From contig CAWBHS010000057.1 of NCBI GenBank assembly GCA_963788655.1, positions 1-64,000 of the forward strand: a stretch of DNA of 64,000 nucleotides, written 5' to 3'. Of the stretch, positions 22,886 to 31,600 are shown piece by piece. A program made the translations under genes and the position numbers. Origin of the DNA: an uncultured Verrucomicrobiae bacterium. GTDB lineage: Bacteria > Verrucomicrobiota > Verrucomicrobiia > Limisphaerales > JAFGQR01. Positions within the stretch are counted from its first letter, which is position 1. Each line of letters begins with the position of its first letter. The notes below the pieces were generated by a model, which was not told the DNA's origin, searched no databases, and worked only from the letters and a program-made list of their open reading frames with translations.

Positions 22886-22914
22886 ATGGCCAAAAGTGGC
22901 CCATAAGTGGCCCA
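22886..22914. repeat. Tandem direct repeats resembling integrase arm-type sites
   Basis: AAGTGGCCCA at 22894-22903 and 22905-22914, preceded by a degenerate ATGGCCAA, about 90 bp from the tRNA 3' end. Confidence 0.6.
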
Positions 22915-23000
22915 GACATGATTTTCTCAAGGAAATTTTCACCCTGTTTTTCAGCGTCATAAAACGCTCTAAAGCATTGATTTTATTGGATTTCTTGAAG

Positions 23001-23076
23001 TGGTGGGCCCAGACGGATTTGAACCGCCGACCAAGCGATTATGAGTCGCCTGCTCTAACCGCTGAGCTATGGGCCC
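23001..23076 (-). tRNA. tRNA-Ile2 (CAT anticodon, lysidine type)
   Basis: GGGCCCATAGCTCAGCGGTTAGAGCAGGCGACTCATAATCGCTTGGTCGGCGGTTCAAATCCGTCTGGGCCCACCA: full cloverleaf, encoded CCA, GGGCCC acceptor stem and CTCATAA loop. Confidence 0.93.
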
Positions 23077-23087
23077 ATGTGCTGCGT

Positions 23088-23116
23088 AGCTTAAACAGTT
23101 TCCGAGGCGATGTCCA
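23088..23116 (-). promoter_or_regulatory. Sigma-70 promoter for the tRNA
   Basis: Minus strand TGGACA-17-TAAGCT, ending 11 nt before the tRNA. Confidence 0.6.
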
Positions 23117-23223
23117 CCGGCTTGAATACCGCTTAAACACCGACTCCGTCGCCAGGGAAAGTGCGTTCGTTGGGGGCCATTGCCAAGCTTGGTTCGACAA
23201 TTGCTTTTCCTGAGCACCGGTAT

Positions 23224-23637
23224 ATGAAGCAACACATCCTGGTGGTCGATGATGAGGTGCAAATTCGAGAATTGCTGGCCATTTATTTGTCCAAGCAAGG
23301 CTACCAAGTTTCGACGGCGGCCACCTCCGGCGAGACATGGTCAATCGTGGACCAGAATCCAGTGGATCTGGTGGTTTTGGACATTGGTCTGGCGGAAGAG
23401 GACGGGCTGCAACTTTTGCCCAAACTCAAATCCAGGCATCCCCAGGTCCGGGTGGTCATTCTGACCGGGATGGGTTTCGTAGAAGATTTACTCCAAGAGG
23501 CCCAACAGCAAGGCGCCGACGGTTATGTGAGCAAAGTGCTGCCTTTGGATGAGTTACTCATGGCTATTCAGCGCATCTTGAAGCCAGTCAAACCGGAAAT
23601 GGAGTGTTGTGGCGGGTGCAACAGTCATCACGGCTGA
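23224..23637 (+). CDS. Single-domain response regulator (CheY-like receiver)
   Basis: HILVVDDE...DLVVLDIGL..EDG...VVILTG...GADGYVSK. Confidence 0.9.
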   Translation: MKQHILVVDDEVQIRELLAIYLSKQGYQVSTAATSGETWSIVDQNPVDLVVLDIGLAEEDGLQLLPKLKSRHPQVRVVILTGMGFVEDLLQEAQQQGADGYVSKVLPLDELLMAIQRILKPVKPEMECCGGCNSHHG

Positions 23638-23917
23638 GGTTCAAATTGGAACGGATTCAACCGGGCACTGAAACAGAAAAGGGCAGTTTCACAGCCGCGC
23701 AATTCACAGTTCGGCGCGGAGCCATGAACGCTTGGTAATCCTCCCGCACCGGCCGGTCCCGTTTCGGGATCCGCGGCCAGATCGAGCCAGCCGGTGACGA
23801 ACAGTTTCTCGCGCGTGCTGGGCCGGCCAAAGAAATGCCTGGCAAAGCAAAAAACGCCTTGCCAGGCAGGCAGATGTTTCCAGTGGGACGGTTCTGCGTG
23901 GCGCTCCTGCTGAATCC

Positions 23918-25823
23918 TTAAACCGCTTTTTCAGTTTCCAGAAATCCCTGCAACTGGCGAATGCGCGTCGGGTGCCGCATTTTGCGCAAGGCTTTGGCTT
24001 CGATTTGGCGGATGCGTTCGCGGGTGACTTTGAACTGCTTGCCCACTTCCTCCAGGGTGCGTGAATAGCCGTCGCCCAGATCCGAAGCGCAATTCGAGAA
24101 CCTTGCGCTCGCGCTCCGTAAGGCTCGACAGCACATCGCTCAGTTTCTCTTTGAGCAGGCTGTAAGCTGGTCATGTCCGAGGGGTTCTCGGCGCCCTTGT
24201 CCTCGATGAAATCGCCGAAATTGGTATCTTCGCTGTCGCCCACCGGGCGATTGCAGGGAGATGGGCTGCTGGGCCATTTTCGAGACGGCCCGCACGCGGT
24301 CGACCGGCAACTGCATTTCGTCGGCGATTTCCTCCGGGGTGGCTTCGCGGCCGAAGTCCTGCGACGAGCTGTTTTTGCACCCGCATGAGCTTGTTGATCG
24401 TCTCGATCATATGCACCGGGATGCGGATCGTGCGCGCCTGGTCGGCGATGGAGCGGGTAATGGCCTGGCGAATCCACCAGGTGGCGTAGGTGGAGAACTT
24501 GTAGCCGCGGCGGTATTCGAATTTTTCCACCGCCTTCATCAGCCCCATGTTGCCTTCCTGGATGAGGTCGAGGAAGGAAAGGCCGCGGTTGGTGTATTTT
24601 TTGGCGATGGAAATGACCAGGCGGAGGTTGGCTTCCACCATTTCCGTCTTGGCCTGCAGCGCCTTGGCGGCAAAATGCTTCAACTGGTCGTAGCGTCGTA
24701 GATACTCGTCGGTACGGCATGCGCACGAATTGCTTCCAAGGCCGTGATCTTCTTCTCCTCGCTGACTGATAACGGCCTGCTGTTGCGGTGCTTTTGCGCT
24801 GCGCTTTCCATTCTTGATGGTGCGCAGTGCTCAGTTGGATTTTGTCGTGGATATTCTCCGCCACCAGGGCCATTTCTTCGATGACCTTCTGTTTGAAGTA
24901 GAATTTGGAAAAGCTTTCCTGGAGTTTGCGATCCACCTTTTTGAAGGCGCTTGATTTCCCGCTCCTGCGCTTTGCCGCTGGGAGCCGTACTGCCATTTCG
25001 CGTATTTATCATCGACCTGCGCATCCAGCGTGCGCACGGTCTTGACCAACTTGCGCAGATCACGCAGGTGTTCCTCGCGGCTTTCGATCTTCTTGTCCAC
25101 GATCACCCGATCAAACCGTTCTTTGGGCGGCTCGGAAATGAGTTTTTCGGCCAGGGCAATGTGCTCCTTGCCGGCAAAGCCGAAACTGTAAATGATTCGT
25201 TTCAGTTCGTTCTCTGCGCTTTCGATACGTTTGGAGATTTCGACTTCCTGTTCGCGCGTCAGCAAAGGGACCTGGCCCATTTGCTTGAGGTACATGCGCA
25301 CCGGATCGTCGAGAATATCCAGGCGGCTTTTGTCCTCTTCTTCCTCGCGTTCCGGTTGTTTGACCCGGTCCACTTCGGCTTGGTCGACGATCTCGACCTC
25401 CAGATTGCGGAGTTTGATATAGATCTCATCGAGATCATCTGCCGTCACAATATTTTCGGGCAGCGCGTCGTTAATATCGTTATAGGTCAAATAGCCCTGC
25501 TCCCGGGCCAACCGTAACAATTCTTTAACTTTCTCGTCGAGCTCAAGGCTGACTGCGGGTTTGTGGTCGCTGCGGACGGGTTCCGCGCGCGCCACCTCAT
25601 GCTTGGGTTTGGGCATCTGTTTTTTTGTTGTCCTGCTAAATTTTTTGGTCGTTCGTGGCGCTGGCTGCGGACGGCGTTTCACCGGAAGCTTGGCCACCGG
25701 GGACTGGGTACGCTTGCGAACGCGTTTCCCGGCGGTCTTGCGGCTGGCTTGTTTCGCTGCCCTTAAAATGGTTGGTCGGCCGGACTGGTGAACGGCCGAC
25801 TTTCTAACCTTCGATTTAGCCAT
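23918..25823 (-). CDS. rpoD: RNA polymerase primary sigma factor (multiple frameshifts, likely sequencing errors)
   Basis: [13 protein letters not shown] (region 1.1), [67 protein letters not shown]. Confidence 0.95.
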
Positions 25824-25871
25824 ATAAAATCAGTGATGCGATCCTGCGCAACGTTGCTAAATGAGCCGGGA

Positions 25872-25900
25872 AATATGGTTGGGCTCAATAGCTGAGTCAA
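25872..25900 (-). promoter_or_regulatory. Sigma-70 promoter of rpoD
   Basis: Minus strand TTGACT-17-CATATT, about 50 nt upstream of the ATG. Confidence 0.55.
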
Positions 25901-26070
25901 GCCGCGTTGCAAAACTTTTTGGTTTAATAACTCACTTCCTCCGGAAATAAAAACAATTCTTTTGAAATAACTGGGCGGCTCGCGAACGCGCCGACGCAAA
26001 ATCCTTTGCAAGCGGATTGCAAGAGCTACAATTCAGCGTTCACAAACTAATTTTGCAAATGGATTGAGCA

Positions 26071-28377
26071 ATGAAATTCATGATACTTTCCTGGTTGATC
26101 CTGGGACTGGGGAGCGGTCAGTTGCTGGCCCAGAACAATGATATTCCTGCTTCCGGAATCAAGCTGCCGTCGCCATCTTCCAACCTCGAGCTATGGTGGG
26201 CCTGGTCCAGCGCCGCCAAAATTCGGCCGGACCAACGTCCGCCGCTGTCAACAGGAACGTCCATCCAGATAAGCTGCGCCCGCAATGAATCTGAAGCGGT
26301 GCAGCTTGTTCTGCGATCACGTGCGCCCTTGGCAGATTTTCAAGTTCATTGCGGCGCGCTGACGGGCCCCGCCAATGCACGAATCGCCGCCGGGAATATT
26401 GAGATTCTTCAGGTGCAGTATCTTGATGTCACCGTACCCACGGACCGCAGTTCCCAGCCGGGCCTTTGGCCGGATCCGCTCCCGCCGGTCAATGGGCCGC
26501 TGAAATTGTCGCCGGATTTTAATCATGCCTTTTGGCTTCGCCTGAAGGTGCCGTCCGATTCGCCGGCCGGCCGCTACCAGGGCGTCGTGAAACTGGACGC
26601 CAAAGAACTGCACACCGAGATTCCGCTCGAACTCACAGTGTATGATTTCGCGCTCCCGGACCGAATGACTTGCACCACGGCTTTCGGGTTTTCGCCCGGA
26701 AATGTTTTCCGATACCAGGGCTTGAAAGCGGAAGCGGACAAACGGTTGGTGCTGGAAAAGTATTGGGCTAATTTGGCCGCCCACCACATTTCCCCATACG
26801 ATCCGGCACCGATGGATCCGATCCGGGTTAAATGGCCGGACATTCACCCACCAAAAACCGCGGCCGATGATTGGACCGGCTTGCGGATCGTCAGCAACGA
26901 AGTTCACCGGGGAAACGGTGCGTTGCTGATTTACGATGACAAACCCGACGAAAACGTTACCGTCAGCTACAATCCGTTGATCAAAATCCCGGCCAAAGGA
27001 CTCCGTGTGCAATGCTGGTATCGCACCGCCATTCCAGGGCATCGGTTCTTGGTTTCGCTGAATCATTACGACGCCAACCGCCAGTGGATGTCCGGTCATA
27101 ACAACGACTTCACGTTGGTCGGCAGCGGCAAATGGCAAAACATCGACGAATTGCTGACGAGTTTTCCGGCCGGCGCCGAGTATGTACAATTGCACGCCCG
27201 GGCCACCCGCTGGACGGATGCCGGCGAAGAAATGGGGCTGGTCTGGTTTGATGACATTTCAATCACCGACCCGGACACCGGCGAGGAGTTGGTGAAGGGC
27301 GGCGATTTCGAACGGCAACCGCGCACGGAAACCGTCGTGCCACCGGACCAACTGAAGGCGCAATTCGACTTCACCGCCTGGGACCGGGCGATGACCCAGG
27401 CGATTGATCGCAATCATTTTAATTCGTTCGGGCTCGGCATTCCCGGAATCGGGGGCGGCACATTTCACGCCATCACACCACCCAGCTTGTTGGGCTTTGG
27501 CGAGGATACGCCTGAATATCCCCTGCTCTTCGATTCGTATTGCCGCCAATTGGAAGCCCACTTGCGCGACCAGGGCTGGCTCGACGAAGCCTACGTCTAT
27601 TGGTTCGACGAGCCGAGCGCGGACCAGTATCCGTTCGTCATGAATGGATTTGCCAAGTTGAAACGTTCCTGCCCCGGCATCGCCCGCATGCTTACCGAAC
27701 AGGTGGAACCAGCTCTCATCGGCGGGCCGGATATATGGTGCAGCATCAGCAACAATTACGATCATGACCGGGCCGAAGAACGCCGCCAGCACGGCGAGAA
27801 GTTTTGGTGGTATGTTTGCACCGGTCCCAAGGCCCCTTGCACCGGTTTGTTCATTGACCACCCGGCACCGGAAATGCGTCTGTGGCTATGGCAGACTTTC
27901 CAGCGCAACATTGAAGGGATTCTGGTCTGGGAGTGCAATTACTGGACCAGCAGTGCGGCGTATCCCGATGCGCAACACCCCCAAAATCCCTACACCGATC
28001 CCATGAGCTGGACCTCCGGTTACAGCACCCCCGCCGGCGACCGGCGTCCCTGGGGCAACGGGGACGGACGGTTCATTTACCCGCCCGCGGACGCCGCGGA
28101 CGCCACCAGCGAGAAGCCGATGCTTGCGGGGCCGGTGGATTCCATTCGCTGGGAGCAATTGCGCGATGGTATCGAAGATTATGAATACCTTTGCATTTTG
28201 CGGAAGCGCTTGGCCGCACGCCGGAATTCATTGGCGCCGGAGAAATACCAAGAATTTGCACGCTTGCTCGAAGTGCCGCCGGCGATCACACGGAGCCTCA
28301 CCGAGTTCGCGGCCGATGGGAAGCCTCTCGAAGCGCGGCGTCAGCAAGTGGCCCTGGCCATTGAAGCGTTACGCTGA
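26071..28377 (+). CDS. Secreted DUF4091 / GH123-like glycoside hydrolase with an inserted CBM4/9-like domain
   Basis: Signal peptide, ARNESEAVQLVL, WPDPL, Y.FDEP, WWYVC, GNGDGRFIYP, SIRWE.LRDGIEDYEYL. Confidence 0.85.
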   Translation: MKFMILSWLILGLGSGQLLAQNNDIPASGIKLPSPSSNLELWWAWSSAAKIRPDQRPPLSTGTSIQISCARNESEAVQLVLRSRAPLADFQVHCGALTGPANARIAAGNIEILQVQYLDVTVPTDRSSQPGLWPDPLPPVNGPLKLSPDFNHAFWLRLKVPSDSPAGRYQGVVKLDAKELHTEIPLELTVYDFALPDRMTCTTAFGFSPGNVFRYQGLKAEADKRLVLEKYWANLAAHHISPYDPAPMDPIRVKWPDIHPPKTAADDWTGLRIVSNEVHRGNGALLIYDDKPDENVTVSYNPLIKIPAKGLRVQCWYRTAIPGHRFLVSLNHYDANRQWMSGHNNDFTLVGSGKWQNIDELLTSFPAGAEYVQLHARATRWTDAGEEMGLVWFDDISITDPDTGEELVKGGDFERQPRTETVVPPDQLKAQFDFTAWDRAMTQAIDRNHFNSFGLGIPGIGGGTFHAITPPSLLGFGEDTPEYPLLFDSYCRQLEAHLRDQGWLDEAYVYWFDEPSADQYPFVMNGFAKLKRSCPGIARMLTEQVEPALIGGPDIWCSISNNYDHDRAEERRQHGEKFWWYVCTGPKAPCTGLFIDHPAPEMRLWLWQTFQRNIEGILVWECNYWTSSAAYPDAQHPQNPYTDPMSWTSGYSTPAGDRRPWGNGDGRFIYPPADAADATSEKPMLAGPVDSIRWEQLRDGIEDYEYLCILRKRLAARRNSLAPEKYQEFARLLEVPPAITRSLTEFAADGKPLEARRQQVALAIEALR

Positions 28378-28680
28378 AACTGTAAGCAACGGCCTCGAAA
28401 ATTCGCTCGAACGGGGCAGCGTCAGGCTCGGAGTCCCGCTTTCGGACTGTCTGGACGCCGTACCGCCCATCGCATCGGAAAACATAGCAGCGGACGTGAG
28501 TCTGCACCGACTTTCTCGGAGGTGCAAATATTGAGCGGACTCACATCCGCTGCTACCGATTGGCAAGTGTCGCTGCAATGCGAAAAAACGTTCGCCGGCA
28601 AAAGGCCGAGGCGTTGTCCTCGATCCTTTTGCCGGCTACAGCCAACCCTAACTCAGATACATTTCCGATTTGCTGCCAAG

Positions 28681-31600
28681 CTACTCCTGGTTCAGCAGTT
28701 CAACTTCCGGCACCACCCGGAAGAACCGGTGCGCGGCGTTCGTTTGCACATCATCCACAAAATGCACTTCATCCTCGGTGACGGCGTTGCTGATGACGGG
28801 CTCCCAATCGATCAAGTTGGTGGAAACTTCCAGCCGGTACGGCAAGCCGTCAGGCAACGCCATATAGACATGGAGCCGGCCATCGACTAATTCCCGTGTT
28901 GGCGGCGGCGGGGCGTCGTTATCGACGATTATGGCGCCGGCAGATTCCGGCTGACCGATTTCGTAGAGCGTGGCATCCACAGGTTGCAGGTGGAGCAGCA
29001 CCGTTTCGATCGGTTCCGCAATGCCATCATCGAGGGCGTGAATGCGAATCCGCGCGGCGTGATGTCCTTCCGGAATTGTCACGGTGTTCGGGATGCGATC
29101 ATAGTCCACGCCGTTTTGCGCCGAGCCTTCAATGCGATAATTGACCGTCAGCGGGGCATTCGTAGCGCCCACGCGGAACACCAAGAAGGCGGCGTTGTTA
29201 TCCGTCCCCTCGCGCGCCAAACCATCCACGGCCACGATGGCCACGACGGGCGGGTGGTTCGCTTCGAGCACTTTAATCTTGATCGGCCGTGAACGGGTGC
29301 CGGCACCCAGGTTGTCCGTGGCTACAGCGGTCAGTTCATAACCGCCCGCGGTGACACCCGTCCAATTCAGGACGAACGGATTCGGCACCGGCACCGGCAA
29401 TGGCTGGGTGTTCGACAGAATGGCACCCTGGAGATCCGGCAAACGCACCGGCTCGACAATCCAGGGGCGGTTGGTGACCACGCCCAGACTGTGGTCGTTG
29501 GCAAAGAATTCCACGGTAGCCACCCATCCATCGGGATCGTCGGCTGCCGCTACCAACCGAATATCCGCCGGCGCGGTGAACACCGCACCATTCGGAGGAT
29601 TGACGATGGCCACCGTGGGAGGACGATTGGGCAGGGAGTCGTCGTCGCGAATATAAGCGACATCCCGGCCGGGTTGACCGACGATGTAACACCCATCCAC
29701 GAACGTCTCGTCGGTCGTCACGCAGCGAAGTTGCTCCAATGCGATCACGACACTCTCAGTGCCTTCAACGAGTTTGTCGTCAATGACGTCGATCACGATG
29801 GGCGCCGTGGCCGAGTTCTCTGGGATATCCACTTCGCCCGAAAGCTTCATGTAGTCCACGCCGTTTTCCGCGGTACCGCTGACGTTGTAGTACACGCGGA
29901 GAGGCTGGCTCAAATCACCTGACCGCTTGACGGTGAACACCGCGGGATCCGGAATGCGGTCCAGCCGTGGATCGATTTCCGAGCCCACCGGATCGGTGGC
30001 CTGAATCGTCACCACCGGCAGCGGTGGGATGTTCACTACCTTGATCCGAACCGGATCGGACGCCGATTGGCCGCCGAGATTATCATAAGCCCGCGCGGTG
30101 AGCACGTAATTGCCGACTGGCACGTTGGTCCACGTCATCGAGAACTTCTGTACCTGGCCCGGTGGCGGGGCGACGAAGAAATAGATTTCCTGGAAACCAA
30201 TCAGCCGGTTGCCCTCGTAGAACTCCACGCGATGCACCCAACCGTCGGGATCGCGCGTCACCACGTCAATTTCAATGTCCGCCGGGGCGCGGAATACCGC
30301 GTCGTTGGCCGGGCTGACGATTTCCACTTTCGGCGATTGGTTGAAGTCGTTGTCGCGAATGTAGGCCTGGGCTTTGCCAGGATCGCCCACCACATAGCAA
30401 TCCAGCGGCGGCGGCAGGATCTTTTCGCAAGCCACGGGCTCCAGCGCGACCGCGACTGTTTCGGTCGGTTCCACGAGATTGTCATCCACCGGGAACACCA
30501 CGATGTTCGCCCACCATGCGCCCTGCGGAATGGTAACCTTGCCGGGCAGTTCGCGATAATCCTCCCCGTTCTTGGCCGTGCCGCTCACCGAATAGTAAAC
30601 GATGAGATCCACGTTGGTCCCGGTGCTGCGTCGTACCGTAAACGTGGCTGTGTTCGGCCGGAGCGCAATGGGCGGTCCAATCAACGCCGGGTTGCCGTCG
30701 GCGGTATTCGGATCCAGCGGCACCGGCCAGGGATCGATGTCGCCTTCGGAGGCATACGGATCCGTCGCCACAATAGTAACCACGGGCGGCAGCGGAAACT
30801 CGAGGACGCGAATGCGAACCGGATTGGATTTTGTCGCCGCCCCCTCGTTGTCGGTAGCCACCGCGGTCATAGTATAACCGCCAGGTGGCACGTTGCTCCA
30901 GACCAACCGGAAGAGCTGGTCCAGGCTGGCCTCAATACTGGTGAGACTGTTGGCGTCGGTGCCATTCATCTGACGCAGATGATTTGTGACAATGCCCAAG
31001 CTGTGATCGTTGGCGAAGAATTCCACCGTGCGCACCCAACCGTCCGCGTCGGCCGCGGTGGCATAAATGGGAAGGTCGGAATATGGTTTGAACACTTCGC
31101 CCTCGACGGGCCGGACGATGGCCACTTTGGGCGGCAGGTTGGCGGGTGGTTCGTCGTTATCACGAATTACCACCCGCGCTGCGCCGGGATTGCCCACCAC
31201 ATAATAGCAATCCGTTGGCGGCGGATACACCGCGATACAAAGGGGCGGTTCGAGTTTCAGGACGACCGACTCAGGACCTTCAACCAGTGTATCGTCAAGC
31301 GGGTCAATCACGATTTCGGCGGTCGCGGATCCGCTGGGAATAATGACTTGTCCGGAAATCCTTCGGTAATCCACCCCATTGTCCGCCGTGCCGCCAATGC
31401 GGTATTGCACCAGCAGGCGCTCGCCCGTGTTGCCGGTTCGATGCACCGTGAAAGTGGCGGTGTCAATCACCGTCAGCACGCCGGGTTCGCTGGCGATTGG
31501 GTCCGTGGCTTCGATGGTCACGACTGGCGGCAGCGGCCGGGGGACCACTTTGATCTCGACTGGCTTCGAGCGTCCGTGGGCGCCCTCGTTGTCGGTGGCC

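Larger units (their letters stand above)
18340..23000. mobile_element. Small phage-derived (satellite-like or remnant) element at the 3' end of tRNA-Ile2
   Basis: Capsid, tape-measure-like, HTH and TA genes lie directly downstream of the tRNA 3' end, with tandem arm-type-like repeats and an AT-rich tract beside the tRNA. Left boundary is approximate. Confidence 0.7.

Noticed and set aside
23001..23076. tRNA-Met assignment
   Set aside because: It lacks the initiator features (C1 mismatch, three G-C pairs in the anticodon stem), and the GGGCCC acceptor stem fits Ile2. An elongator Met is not fully excluded without a covariance-model search.
23918..25823. rpoD as a pseudogene or programmed frameshift gene
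   Set aside because: It is an essential gene with several scattered indels. The same pattern across 0.3-15.8 kb indicates uncorrected long-read errors.
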